A model generated the notes under the pieces. It made no database searches and was not told the origin of the DNA. It saw only the letters and a list, made by a program, of their open reading frames with translations. From Vampirovibrionaceae bacterium NZW_1234 (GTDB lineage Bacteria; Cyanobacteriota; Vampirovibrionia; Vampirovibrionales; JAGQHJ01), in the NCBI GenBank assembly GCA_041697335.1, contig JBGUGD010000002.1, positions 180,399 to 244,398 of the forward strand: DNA of 64,000 nucleotides, given 5' to 3'. The position numbers were made by a program, and so were the translations under genes. Shown here in pieces: positions 10,061-20,671 of the stretch. Numbering within the stretch: position 1 is the first letter of the stretch; each line of letters starts with the position of its first letter.

Positions 10061-10588
10061 GTGACGCGTTGTTCATTGTCTGTGGCCAGTGCTGTGCGTT
10101 TTGCAGCCAATCGCCAAGTGTTAATTGTTGACTCCTATGCCTCGAAACTGCAGAGCTTTAAGCAGTGTCTTGAGTACTGGGAGGCGAAAACCCCTCTTCC
10201 AAATGGTGATAAGGTGGACGTCCAAGGGGCGACCACTCAGGAAGAGGCATGGCAGGTCCTTGAAACGAAACCAGTGGAGGTCGTGGTAACTTCCAGTAAA
10301 TTGCCGGAGCTAGGTGACGGGTTAAGGTTTATTCGGGATATTCGGGCGCGGTTGGGGAAACAACCCTTGGTGGTAATGTGGACCTCGGATCCCTATATGA
10401 CGGATGCTCAGGTGAAAAATGCCGGAGGTGACGCATTCTTTACCAGTATGAGTTCTTTTCGTGCTATTTGGACAGCATTATCATCGCATTTGCATAGGGG
10501 GTCCAATCAAACTTCAGATCGGGGCATCGCTGGATCTCAGGTTAAGAGAGAAGAGTCAGGAGATATTACAGGAGGCGATCTGGTTTAG
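10061..10588 (+). CDS. Receiver-domain-like protein lacking the phospho-Asp, with RF leader
   Basis: VLIVD, VVVTSSKLP..GDGLRF, VVMWTS, AGGDAFF; overlaps the gltX 3' end by 33 bp. Confidence 0.65.
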   Translation: MTRCSLSVASAVRFAANRQVLIVDSYASKLQSFKQCLEYWEAKTPLPNGDKVDVQGATTQEEAWQVLETKPVEVVVTSSKLPELGDGLRFIRDIRARLGKQPLVVMWTSDPYMTDAQVKNAGGDAFFTSMSSFRAIWTALSSHLHRGSNQTSDRGIAGSQVKREESGDITGGDLV

Positions 10589-12022
10589 TGCGTCTTCGAC
10601 GCGGTGTTTGACAAGCTCTGGGCCTAGAAGATGGAGGGTCTTACCGAGGTCAGCACCGTGGACCCGCCCGGTGACGGCGGCTCGGATGGCCCACATAATG
10701 GTTTTCATTTTAATGGGCTTAAGATCATTCGCAAAGGCTTTCACTTGGGCAGAAATCTGCTCGATGTCGTTGAAGTTCAGGTTGGGTAGCAGGGTCTCCT
10801 GGACTTTCTTGAGGACCTCGATAGTTTCCGGCAAGCAAAGGACTTCTTGGGACAGTTCGGGGCTGTATGTTAAGGTGTCACCGAAAAAATAGCAGACGGC
10901 ATTGGGTAGGTCGGCCAAAGTAGTGATGGGTTCCCGGACTGCTCCCAGCATCAGTTCCAATTGGGCCTCGGAATAGCGGGAGAGATCAAAGTCCTTGAGA
11001 AAGGGCTTGCTTTCAGCAAGCAAGGTACTAAGATTCCTATTGCGAATGTAATAGCCGTTAAGGAAGTTAAGTTTTTCCTGATCATAGACCGCGGGGCTAT
11101 GGGAAATGCGCTCCAGCGTAAAGTCCGGGGCAAATTTCTCTAATGTTCCAATGTCTTCGCCATCGGTGGGCGACCAGCCTAGGAGAGAAAGGAAGTTGCA
11201 GAAAGCATCAGGGAGATAGCCGCTTTGAATATACTCGGCCACAGCGGTTGCCCCGTGGCGTTTGGACAGCTTGCTACGGTCCGGGGCCAGAATCATGCTG
11301 ACGTGTGCAAAGGTGGGGCAAGGAGCTCCCAAGGCTTCGTACAAGAGCATTTGCTTGGGAGTGTTTGAGACGTGATCCTCACCTCGGATGACATGGCTGA
11401 TTTTCATGGTCAAATCATCGACGACAACGGCAAAGTTATAGCTGGCAATGCCATTAGACTTGACGATAACAAAGTCGCCTATGAGGGCCGATTCAAAGGT
11501 GACGGTTCCTCGGATCACATCGTTTAAGACAATGGTGTCTGGGTGACCCGGAATGCGAAACCGAATGGCCGGTTTGCGGCTGGGGTCTTGTTTTAGTTGT
11601 TCCACCACAGCAGGATTGCAGCAACGGCGAGAGTAAATGGTCGGACGTTTTTCTTCCAGGGCCTTGGCTTTTTCAGCCTCCAGTTCTTCAGGGGTACAGT
11701 AGCAGTAGTAGGCATGACCGCTGTCTAGCAGTTTCTGGGCATACTCCCGATACAGCTCGAGACGCTGGGATTGCATGTAGGGACCATAAGGGCCACCTAC
11801 GTCCGGACCTTCATCCCAGGTCAGGCCCAAAGCTTTTAGACCGTTAAAGATATCGGCGGTGTAGCGTTCGTCTGAGCGTTCCAGGTCCGTGTCCTCGATT
11901 CGAAGCACAAATGTGCCTCCCGTATGTTTTGCATAAAGGTAGTTGAACAGTGCCGTACGGGCAGTACCAACGTGCAGGTTGCCGGTTGGGCTGGGGGCAA
12001 TGCGGACACGAACGTCAGACAC
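10556..12022 (-). CDS. gltX: Glutamate-tRNA ligase
   Basis: RIAPSPTGNLHVGT (HIGH), LRIEDTD, IRGEDH, KLSKR. Confidence 0.97.
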   Translation of the reverse strand: MSDVRVRIAPSPTGNLHVGTARTALFNYLYAKHTGGTFVLRIEDTDLERSDERYTADIFNGLKALGLTWDEGPDVGGPYGPYMQSQRLELYREYAQKLLDSGHAYYCYCTPEELEAEKAKALEEKRPTIYSRRCCNPAVVEQLKQDPSRKPAIRFRIPGHPDTIVLNDVIRGTVTFESALIGDFVIVKSNGIASYNFAVVVDDLTMKISHVIRGEDHVSNTPKQMLLYEALGAPCPTFAHVSMILAPDRSKLSKRHGATAVAEYIQSGYLPDAFCNFLSLLGWSPTDGEDIGTLEKFAPDFTLERISHSPAVYDQEKLNFLNGYYIRNRNLSTLLAESKPFLKDFDLSRYSEAQLELMLGAVREPITTLADLPNAVCYFFGDTLTYSPELSQEVLCLPETIEVLKKVQETLLPNLNFNDIEQISAQVKAFANDLKPIKMKTIMWAIRAAVTGRVHGADLGKTLHLLGPELVKHRVEDALNQIASCNIS

Positions 12023-12134
12023 CTGGAGTCTCCTTTTTGAATGATTGAGGCTTGAATGCGTTAAGTTAGCTTGTCTGTATTATCCGACAAACAGGGGGTG
12101 GGGTGTAGTGATGTCCATGCCTTGATAAGGAGAA

Positions 12135-13124
12135 TCAATTGTTTATAGTGGCGTCTTTTTGCCCTTTATACTCGTCGTACTCCTGGAGTAGCAGGTTGAC
12201 ATAAACAGAGCCCACTCGTTTAACCAAGGCTTCGTGAAGCTTTTGTTCTGCTCGTTCCTGGGACTGGTCTTCCTTATGGCGTTTAACGCCGATTTCAAAG
12301 CGATCGAGACGCTGGGTGGTCTCCGACTCTAAGTTGTCCAGAAGGGGCTTTAGGTCCTGGATGAGTTCCTGGCGCTTCGGGTGGCGAACAATAGCGTATT
12401 CCAGCTGGCGTCGGTGATCCAAAAATTTTAATTGCTTGAGCAAGGCTGGCAAGGTTGGGTGTGACGGGTGACTAAACCAATCACCTTGACGTATTGCTCG
12501 CTCTACACGGCGTAACCCCGAGCGGGCCACCGTGGTCAGACGATCACTCGGAGGTTCTTTATATACCATAGCTGACAAGACATTCGTATCTTGAACGGCA
12601 TTTTCATCCTGGATTCGGGAGGCGATGTGCTGGACTTTTTCCAGGTGGGTCATCCACTTGCGCCCAAAACGCCGTATACGTTCAAAGTCCAGCTTATCGT
12701 CTTCGGTCAGAAGCGGGGTTTTCAGTGGAAGCAGGTCCCGGTGTTTCCCTGCCCAAAATTGTGGCGTCTGAAGTAAAAAGGCGGCATGTGCGAATTCTTT
12801 ACGACGTTTGAGATCGGTGGGATGCCATGGATCGGCTTCGGCTTCCAGTTCAGCTCGAAGCCTATTAAACGCGTCCTCCGTTTTGCATGCCTGGGTACGG
12901 GAGAAAATATCTGCCCGCTCTTCAGCTGGAAGGAAATGTCCTGGTAAGGGGGCAAGAAACCGATTGATCCCGCGTAGATCACTGTGCCCCAAATTGGGTA
13001 AAAAAGGGGGGGGATCATTATTGGAGGGATCGTTCTCAGACTTGGTGCCAAAGCGAAGAGCGTGAGAAGCGAAAGGGGAAGGCCATTTATCAACCTGGCG
13101 CATGCCTGGCAGAGAAATCCTCAT
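12135..13124 (-). CDS. Helical hypothetical protein with RF leader
   Basis: Long ORF; probable ATG 13124; LRFG near the N-terminus. Confidence 0.7.
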   Translation of the reverse strand: MRISLPGMRQVDKWPSPFASHALRFGTKSENDPSNNDPPPFLPNLGHSDLRGINRFLAPLPGHFLPAEERADIFSRTQACKTEDAFNRLRAELEAEADPWHPTDLKRRKEFAHAAFLLQTPQFWAGKHRDLLPLKTPLLTEDDKLDFERIRRFGRKWMTHLEKVQHIASRIQDENAVQDTNVLSAMVYKEPPSDRLTTVARSGLRRVERAIRQGDWFSHPSHPTLPALLKQLKFLDHRRQLEYAIVRHPKRQELIQDLKPLLDNLESETTQRLDRFEIGVKRHKEDQSQERAEQKLHEALVKRVGSVYVNLLLQEYDEYKGQKDATINN

Positions 13125-13489
13125 GAGAGTGGTTCTTTCCGAATAAGTGTCCGTGAGACGGTTCAATGTCACGGGTTCTAACGTAAAGGGGCGGTCATCC
13201 TGGTACGGTTGTTGTGTACTTCCAAGGGGGAGGAGAACAAAGCGAGACCTTTTCAGACCATGTCATGCAATGACACTGGCCTATTTAGTCATAACTGAGC
13301 AGGCATGTCAATGAATAGGTAGGCAGATTTTGTCCCTTATTTTCGGGGTTTTGAAATGGGTTCTCGAATTAGTCTGAACGGGCCTTTGTATCAAAATTGT
13401 AACGAAGGCCGCATAATTCCGGGGAAAGAATTGCGGTTTTTTTTATTTTTATTTAGATTTGCATGGATATTGGAAGGTGAACGGGGTTT

Positions 13490-16400
13490 ATGAAAACGGG
13501 TTTATTTCCGGCTCTTGGTTATCAAACTCCTTCTCGGCTGTTTCGAGGGGGCATGGTGAATGCCTCTCTTTCATCTGACAATTCAGGAGTCATGTTTTCA
13601 GGCAATCGACGTCCTCATCCAGCAACGTACGAATCAGCAGAGAGCCTTAGGGGGCTTTGCGAGCAGTTGGGTCAAACCCACGCTCATAAGCGTTTTAACA
13701 GTCTTATTGAGCGTATTATTGAGGGCTTGAAGGCGAATTCAAAAATTGCCCCGGAGGATCGCATTGCCATTTTAACGGCTCTGGCCCCCCGGGTTCGTCG
13801 CTCAAAACATGTCAGTCAAGTGGGGCAGCTGATTCGTAATCAACCGGAATCGCCTGAAAAAGTGGCATTGATGGCTCAGTTCTTTGCCCCTGCCTCATCG
13901 GTAAAGGTGCCGTCCAAACCGGTTCTCGAAACGAAGGAGCAATTGCTGGCCTATTTCCCTGAGATGGTCAAGCAATTCAAGCGTCGGGTAGATACCACCT
14001 TTTTTGAAGCTCTGGGCAAGCTGCCTGAAATGGAGCAGATGGAGGTTATTGCCACTTTTGCCCGTAAACCCAACCCTCATGAAATTACCCGAGCCCTGAT
14101 TGACGCCATTGATAAATTCCAGGATCCCTTTCATAAGGCCTATGCCTGGCGATCTTTCGAGGGGCTGAGTGATAAATTGCTGGTGGGACTGATTCGGGAA
14201 AAAGCGAAGCGTTTGAAAAATCCTGTAATTTTAGCCGACATTGTTCGGACTTTTCCCCAGGATACGGATGAGTCGCTTTTGGAGACGCTGAAATCTTTTG
14301 TAAGCCAACCTCACAAGGAGCGGCTTCGCGCTCTGTCTGTTGGTGAAACTGTCTTCAAACGCCCCGATGCCAGGTTTACCTTGGCTAAAACATTTGCAAC
14401 CGATAGTTACTTGGCAGTGGGTTTAAAAGCCCTTTCAATAACGGAAGGTATTAAACCCGAAAAACGTTTGGATGCGATGCGAGCTGATTATCTGAAAGCA
14501 TTTGCTCGCAGTCCGCATGCCCAGGTCCGTTTTGTGGCTCTCCTCCGAGCGTCCTCTCTCGCCGGGTCTGATCGCTTGGACACCCTCAAAACTTTTGCCC
14601 AAAATCCTGATTTGATGCTGGACATGAAGCCGGATATTCGGCACAAAACCCAACGTCTCTTTTTTAATCATCCCGAAGTCCTTCCATTTGTTGCGGATGA
14701 GGATTTGAAATCCCAAGTGCTCAGAATGCTAGCTGCGTCCAAAGAGATGGCAACGTTGCATATGGTCTTGGATCAGTCGGCTACGCTGAAGCAGGAAATG
14801 TATCGTATGCCGGTGTTAAAAGAAGTCATCCATAATGCAGCCTTGAGCAAGGCCATTCAAAGTAGTGGTGATTTCCCTCGCCTGTGGACAAAGATTTTGG
14901 CCAGTGTAGAAGGCTTAACTCAAGATAATTTGAAGTCTTTGGGCTTGGTGAGTCTGATGACTCACGTGGTTGCTCAGTCAGATTCCCCAATGGACGATAA
15001 AGGCTCGCCCATAACGTTGCCTCCCAATCGGATCGTTTTACCCAAAGATGCATGGCTTGCTTTTCAGGCTAAAGCCCTGGCCATGGAGACGTCGATTCAG
15101 GATGACGGCTGGAAAGCGAAAGCCTGCCAGGCTTTCGTGAATATGCCTTTAGACACCCTGCAAAAAGCATTGGCTGCTTGCACCGGAATTACGGATCCCC
15201 ATGCTTTGGCCTCTCTGGTCAGTACTTTTGCCCATAATCCGGATGAGCAGATAATGAGCCTGCTGCAGCCCATGATATTAGCCCTCAAGAAATCGTCCCA
15301 GCAGGAGTTTGCAACAGCCCTAATCTCTCTCGCCAAGAATCCTAATGAAGCTGCCCGCTCTTTTGCTGTCGGCCAGATTAAGTCTGTTTCATCAGGGCCT
15401 CAGAAAGCAGCAGTTATTCAAGCCTATCTGGGAGATCCTTCTGATGCTGTTCGTGGGATTACGGAGCAGGCCTACCAGGAGAACAACACCAGTGATACCT
15501 TCCGTCTGAACATGGCCGTGGCGGCAAGTAACAATCCCAACCCTGTTGTACGAAATACCGGTTTCTGCAACCTTTGGGTGGTCAAGGATGAGCACGCGGT
15601 GGCCCAGGCCCTACGCTATTACATCGATGATCCGGATAAAGACATACGTGCTACTGCTGTCCAGATGGTTAGCATCTTTGAACGGCAATCGCTAAAAGCC
15701 AGTATGTTAAAACCCTTTCTCTTTGACAGTGATCCTGAAATTGTAGAACTGGCTCGTGAAAAGGCTATGGAGATGGCTCCCAAGTGGCGGGATGAAGTTT
15801 TATCAGTGCTTGCTCCACCGGAGGAAACGGTGAAGAAGGCAGAGCCAGTGTCTGAGAGGAAACCTGTCAAGCCAACTGCTCCAACAGTAGTACGTCCTGA
15901 TGTTCAGGTGGCTGGGCCCGTCAAGCATGGGTATCGCCTGGATTATATGTTCCAATCGGCACAAACCCAGCTGCAGGAAGCGGCCCAAGGGTTTGCCGCC
16001 AATCAGGTTTACGACCCGGCCATTTTCATGTGTCGACCCACGCAAAGTAAACGCAATTGGCTCTTTCGAAGAGATGATGCCGGGCAGCCTGCGGTTTATG
16101 AACCAATTATGAATTCTGATTTGCGTAATCTCTCAAAGCTTCTGAAGTTACCCCAAGGCTATCCCGGTATTGAGCCCTTGGAAGGCATCTATATCTTTCG
16201 TGGCTACCAGGAGCGCTTTACCCGTGGGGGTATGGGGGCCTACCATATTCTTTTTAATCATGGACCCAATCCCTTTCCGGTGGGAGGCCAGGAGTTGGCT
16301 CCATTAAATGGAGATAAAGACTATTCTCAATTTGTGACCCCTGAGGGCGAGGCTGCCTCTGTGGATCAGATCAGCGAGATGGTTCGTAAGGCTTTAAACG

Positions 16401-16747
16401 AAGGTTCTTTGTTGCGTTTGAAGGTGGGTAAACGCAAACTGGTTTACTTTAAGCTGAAAGGCGATAAGGAAAAGCAAAAGAACCGCTTTTATACTGTGAC
16501 CATGGAATATGCCTACCCTGATGGGCGTCAGATTGGCCGAGATATTCGGACCGGGGTGCCCTACTATAAAATGCATGTGGTCCTGGGTGTTTATCCGGGC
16601 TCCAATAAGGCATTTCTTTATACCGCCTTCCCGACGAACGGAACTGTGAATATTCCGCCGCAATTGCGGCAGGTGGTTGCTGAAGCTCGACATCGCCGTC
16701 AGGCTGTCAAGGCAGCTGCCTCTTTGAAATCGGAATCCCCAGTATAA
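13490..16747 (+). CDS. Large HEAT/ARM-like repeat protein with C-terminal nuclease-toxin-like domain
   Basis: 1085 aa; repeated D/N-P-x-x-x-V/I-R helical units; C-terminal GAYHILFNH and YTAFP. Confidence 0.75.
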   Translation: MKTGLFPALGYQTPSRLFRGGMVNASLSSDNSGVMFSGNRRPHPATYESAESLRGLCEQLGQTHAHKRFNSLIERIIEGLKANSKIAPEDRIAILTALAPRVRRSKHVSQVGQLIRNQPESPEKVALMAQFFAPASSVKVPSKPVLETKEQLLAYFPEMVKQFKRRVDTTFFEALGKLPEMEQMEVIATFARKPNPHEITRALIDAIDKFQDPFHKAYAWRSFEGLSDKLLVGLIREKAKRLKNPVILADIVRTFPQDTDESLLETLKSFVSQPHKERLRALSVGETVFKRPDARFTLAKTFATDSYLAVGLKALSITEGIKPEKRLDAMRADYLKAFARSPHAQVRFVALLRASSLAGSDRLDTLKTFAQNPDLMLDMKPDIRHKTQRLFFNHPEVLPFVADEDLKSQVLRMLAASKEMATLHMVLDQSATLKQEMYRMPVLKEVIHNAALSKAIQSSGDFPRLWTKILASVEGLTQDNLKSLGLVSLMTHVVAQSDSPMDDKGSPITLPPNRIVLPKDAWLAFQAKALAMETSIQDDGWKAKACQAFVNMPLDTLQKALAACTGITDPHALASLVSTFAHNPDEQIMSLLQPMILALKKSSQQEFATALISLAKNPNEAARSFAVGQIKSVSSGPQKAAVIQAYLGDPSDAVRGITEQAYQENNTSDTFRLNMAVAASNNPNPVVRNTGFCNLWVVKDEHAVAQALRYYIDDPDKDIRATAVQMVSIFERQSLKASMLKPFLFDSDPEIVELAREKAMEMAPKWRDEVLSVLAPPEETVKKAEPVSERKPVKPTAPTVVRPDVQVAGPVKHGYRLDYMFQSAQTQLQEAAQGFAANQVYDPAIFMCRPTQSKRNWLFRRDDAGQPAVYEPIMNSDLRNLSKLLKLPQGYPGIEPLEGIYIFRGYQERFTRGGMGAYHILFNHGPNPFPVGGQELAPLNGDKDYSQFVTPEGEAASVDQISEMVRKALNEGSLLRLKVGKRKLVYFKLKGDKEKQKNRFYTVTMEYAYPDGRQIGRDIRTGVPYYKMHVVLGVYPGSNKAFLYTAFPTNGTVNIPPQLRQVVAEARHRRQAVKAAASLKSESPV

Positions 16748-16808
16748 TAAAAACAGTTGAGATGGCGGTGCCTAATAGCTCAGGCGCTAATGCGGATCGG
16801 AGTGTTTA

Positions 16809-17081
16809 ATGGGCCAAGGGTATTTTACTTATATCTTGGAGTGTGCCGATAACACCTTATATACGGGTTGGACCACCGATGTGGCCAAACGGGTGGAGGC
16901 TCATAACAAAGGTAAAGGGGCTAAATATACCCGAACCCGAGGGCCGGTTCGTCTGCTGGCTTCCTGGTGCTTTGATTCCAAATCGGAAGCGATGCGCTGG
17001 GAGTGGTTTATAAAGCGTTTGCCACGTCCCCAGAAGCTGCAATTAATTCGGGACGCCTCGGTAAGCTCGAACGCAATTTAA
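16809..17081 (+). CDS. GIY-YIG nuclease family protein (YhbQ/UPF0213)
   Basis: [31 protein letters not shown]. Confidence 0.92.
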   Translation: MGQGYFTYILECADNTLYTGWTTDVAKRVEAHNKGKGAKYTRTRGPVRLLASWCFDSKSEAMRWEWFIKRLPRPQKLQLIRDASVSSNAI

Positions 17082-17150
17082 TTCAGGTATGTGTTTTGTT
17101 TTCCTAAGTTATATTTCCCAATACGGTGATTGATTGCTTAGGAGAAATGA

Positions 17151-17906
17151 TTGATGTCGTTGACTGTTTCACGTGGACATGTGCCTGTTGATGTTCGTTT
17201 TGGAGCCCGTCGCTCAGGATGGGGCTTGGGATCTGCTATGTTGCTGTTAGCTGCTTTATCCGGAGGCTGTGGCAAAAGTGGTGCTGACCGGGTGGATATC
17301 CGTCGTCCATCGGTGTCTCAGGTGTCTTCTTTCGAACAGACAGATCGGATTCCGCCGTTTCGTTTTCATGCCGTCGATCTCCTGGGTGAGCGTGTTCATG
17401 AGCCTGCAGTTACAGAACCTCGGCATCTAAACGAGCTGGGTTTTGAATCTCTTGGGAAACGTCCTGTTTTTGATGCTGTTTACGAAAATCTACGTTTGCC
17501 GTTAGTTGAAACCGGCTTTTCCGGAGTAAGCATGCGTGAAGCTTATGATAGGGAAAGAAAACGGCCAAAGCAGCGGAATCCAAAGCCTGATCTAGGCTCT
17601 CTACGCTCAACAGCCATCGTTTGGGATCCCACCCAAAAGCAATTCTTTCTGAGAAGCCAGCGCTTTGCCTTCGATATGGCCAGTGGTGAAGTCTATCGCC
17701 GGAAGCCAGATGTTTATCAACCTTTGCCTAATGGTCCGGTTGAAATCCCTGGATTTGAGCAATTGTCGGAACAGCATAAAGCCTCTTATACCTATTTATT
17801 GAAAGATGTTGAAGTCGATAACACTAAAGGGGTATTACGTTTAGGGTATCTTGAAATTGACGGTCCCACAGGAAAACGTCAGAAACTTGACCCTGAGTCT
17901 CCTTAA
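17151..17906 (+). CDS. Hypothetical protein with RF leader followed by a lipobox-like segment
   Basis: AGGAG RBS; VRFG then AMLLLAALSGGC. Confidence 0.7.
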   Translation: MMSLTVSRGHVPVDVRFGARRSGWGLGSAMLLLAALSGGCGKSGADRVDIRRPSVSQVSSFEQTDRIPPFRFHAVDLLGERVHEPAVTEPRHLNELGFESLGKRPVFDAVYENLRLPLVETGFSGVSMREAYDRERKRPKQRNPKPDLGSLRSTAIVWDPTQKQFFLRSQRFAFDMASGEVYRRKPDVYQPLPNGPVEIPGFEQLSEQHKASYTYLLKDVEVDNTKGVLRLGYLEIDGPTGKRQKLDPESP

Positions 17907-17924
17907 TTCGGTGCGATAGCATGA

Positions 17925-19991
17925 TTAGATTCGGCTATGAACTAAGACAGGAAGGCTGATTGTAAAAGTGCTTCCAATGCCCACTTGGCTTTGGACGTTG
18001 ATTGTTCCGCCATGAAGTTCCACCAGTCTTTTGGTTACCGCTAGGCCCAGTCCGGCACCTTCGTACGCTTTGGAGGCTGAAGGATCCACCTGGTAAAATT
18101 CGGTAAACAGTTCAGGAATCTTCTCTTCAGGTATGCCAATACCGGTGTCTGCAACCTCGATGTCTATCCAGGAAGAATCTGGGCGTTGTTGAATGCGAAC
18201 GGTTACATGGCCATTAGGCTTATTGAATTTGATGGCGTTGGTCAGCAGGTTCAACATGATCTGTCGCAACCTGACCGGATCGACGTCAATCCGGCTCAGA
18301 TTCTCTTGGATGTCATGCTCGATTACAATCTGTTTGGACGCCGCCATATCTCGCACGAGATATTGGGTTTCTAAATACAAATGTTGGACATCTACCAACT
18401 CTAGGTGAAGGGCTACTTTACCTGCCTCTATCTTGGCTAAATCCAGAATTTCATTCACCATACCCAGGAGGTGCTTTCCGCTGACGACGACATTGGAAAT
18501 ATAACGTTTCTGCTTTTCGTTGAGCTCCCCACCGATACCCTTTTCCAGAAATTCGGAATACCCGATGACCGCGTTCAAGGGCGTTCGCAGTTCATGACTC
18601 ATATTGGCCAGGAACTGACTTTTTTTCTGGTTTGCAGACTCTGCCAATTCAAGGGCTTGCTTTTCTTCCGTAATGTCGAGACAGGTCCCGGCAAAGCCGA
18701 TAAAGTTTCCATGAGCGTCGTAGCGCGGTACGCCCGTGGAAACTATCCAGCGATAAGTTTTGTCGGAGGCTCTGAGGAGCCGCCACTGTTCATGGTATTC
18801 TTTGTGGTCTCGTATGGCCTCTTGGTATCGTGCATAGGCTCGCTCCCTGTCCTCTGGGTGAATGCATTTTGTCCAGCCACCACCCTGGCTCTCTTCCTGG
18901 GTTAAACCGGTAAACTCCAGCCACTGTTTATTACCATACTCCTGACCACCTTTGGTATCTCCGAGCCAAATCATAATAGGTGCGGTATCCGCAATGTTTC
19001 GGAACCGGGCTTCGCTTTCCTTGAGATATTCCAGCGCCTGAGATTCTTTCTCCAGCGCAATACTGGCCTTATCATAATAGTAGACGGCACGGAGAGTTAC
19101 GGTACTGATTAGAATGGAAATCAACACAGCAACAAACTCCATGGTGACGTAAAATCCATCAAATTCTTCGGGAGATGAGGTGTTTCTGTGAATAAAGACA
19201 ATCGCCCCGATTGCCAGTGCAATAATGCACACCTGAAACAGGAGAGTCAGCCAAGTTAGGAGTCTGCTGATGCTTTGTCGGGAAAGCAGTGAGGAATACA
19301 GGCCATTATAGGGGATAGTACCTATTAGAATGGCAATGCTGCTCAGTTGGAACTGGATCATGCCGGGAAGGGCCATTTTGTAATTAAATAGGACGGAAAT
19401 GTTCAACCATAATCCGGCTGCTGCATAAAGCGATAGCTGAAATACAATTAAAGCCAAGGTACCGGCACCGTAAATGGCCGTATGTTGGGTTTGCTTGAAT
19501 CGCCAGATTAAAAACAATGAGCTACAGATTAAAATTGTGTTAAATGCGCCAGTAATGGGCACTTGAATATGGTTATAAGGCCGCATCCAAAAATCGAGAA
19601 GATCAAATTGTTCTTCTTTCAGGTAGGTGAACAAAAAATAAAGTCCTATGCCTGATGGAACTGTGAGACTCATCCCACGGCATAGGTTGATAATTCTCGA
19701 TGAGCGGGAATGGTAACGATGTCCTAGAATCAGGATAACGGCTAGCCCCATGCCTGCAATAGCAAAGGTCATGGGAAATGGTAGTTGTGGAGAATTCCCT
19801 GGCAGGTACGATCTTAGGATGGGTACATCAAAGACAGCACCACAAAGTCCCGCCAGGCCAATACACATAACCACCATACCCAGGATGGTAGGAATTTTTT
19901 GCAGGGTTTGGTATTGAACACTCGGCACAGCTGGCCCCTCGGCGCGATGAGTCACGATTATACTTGCTTCTATATTGAATGGAAATAGCAT
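17925..19991 (-). CDS. Membrane-bound PAS sensor histidine kinase
   Basis: Several TM helices, PAS (IHPEDR), H-box MSHELRTPLN, N-box NLLTNAIKF, DTGIGI, GAGLGL; start uncertain. Confidence 0.93.
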   Translation of the reverse strand: MLFPFNIEASIIVTHRAEGPAVPSVQYQTLQKIPTILGMVVMCIGLAGLCGAVFDVPILRSYLPGNSPQLPFPMTFAIAGMGLAVILILGHRYHSRSSRIINLCRGMSLTVPSGIGLYFLFTYLKEEQFDLLDFWMRPYNHIQVPITGAFNTILICSSLFLIWRFKQTQHTAIYGAGTLALIVFQLSLYAAAGLWLNISVLFNYKMALPGMIQFQLSSIAILIGTIPYNGLYSSLLSRQSISRLLTWLTLLFQVCIIALAIGAIVFIHRNTSSPEEFDGFYVTMEFVAVLISILISTVTLRAVYYYDKASIALEKESQALEYLKESEARFRNIADTAPIMIWLGDTKGGQEYGNKQWLEFTGLTQEESQGGGWTKCIHPEDRERAYARYQEAIRDHKEYHEQWRLLRASDKTYRWIVSTGVPRYDAHGNFIGFAGTCLDITEEKQALELAESANQKKSQFLANMSHELRTPLNAVIGYSEFLEKGIGGELNEKQKRYISNVVVSGKHLLGMVNEILDLAKIEAGKVALHLELVDVQHLYLETQYLVRDMAASKQIVIEHDIQENLSRIDVDPVRLRQIMLNLLTNAIKFNKPNGHVTVRIQQRPDSSWIDIEVADTGIGIPEEKIPELFTEFYQVDPSASKAYEGAGLGLAVTKRLVELHGGTINVQSQVGIGSTFTISLPVLVHSRI

Positions 19992-20197
19992 TGTTAAGTT
20001 ATATCGGAGTCGATCTTTCAGAAAGCTTCGCTTCTAATGGCAACGAGCTTGTGTTTTAAGCGATGCTGGTTACGGTTGTAATAAGTTATGTGATCCAAAG
20101 CTAAAATTTTTTAAAATATCCCGTCTTGTGGTTTTAAAAAATGCCATGATGGGCATAGTAGACAATAAGTTTAGATAGAAGTTGAAGGAGGATTTAC

Positions 20198-20470
20198 GTG
20201 AGAGTGATACGATTTAAAATCTTCCAAGCCGTATTGATGATGGCAGTTGTTTCTGTAACTGCAAATGCTCAGGCGATGACCGACAAGGTGAATCCCTTGA
20301 ATGTTCACCCAACAGGGTATCAAGGTCCCTTGGTCGATGTCTCGGTGATGCCCACCATGAGCCAAATGCGCTTCAAATCGGCTTTTGTCGAACCAGATCA
20401 TACGGTGAATGTTGATCTGTGGACCACTGGCCATCCGAATATGTCTGATGTGGAGAGTGTGACGTTCTAA
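20198..20470 (+). CDS. Small secreted hypothetical protein
   Basis: AGGAGG RBS, GTG start, signal peptide ending ANAQA. Confidence 0.7.
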   Translation: MRVIRFKIFQAVLMMAVVSVTANAQAMTDKVNPLNVHPTGYQGPLVDVSVMPTMSQMRFKSAFVEPDHTVNVDLWTTGHPNMSDVESVTF

Positions 20471-20611
20471 ATTGGGCGTGTTTTGAACCTTCCAATGTTG
20501 TGACCAACCTGTCATATTGGTCTTTTGATGCTGCGGTCGTTTCTCAGCACTGAAAGTGGCTTACGTATTCTGTGCGGGTTTCGATCTTCACGATTTTTTA
20601 CCGGGCAGGGC

Positions 20612-20638
20612 TCAATTTTTTTGGATTCATGTCGATAG
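20612..20638 (+). promoter_or_regulatory. Sigma-28 (FliA)-like promoter
   Basis: TCAA-N15-GTCGATAG resembles TAAA-N15-GCCGATAA and lies just upstream of the 20672 gene. Confidence 0.45.
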
Positions 20639-20671
20639 TCCTGATATCACCCACTGTTTCAGGAGATCGGT

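Noticed and set aside
16809..17081. GIY-YIG gene as homing endonuclease or immunity protein
   Set aside because: Size and motifs match the ordinary stand-alone YhbQ/UPF0213 family.
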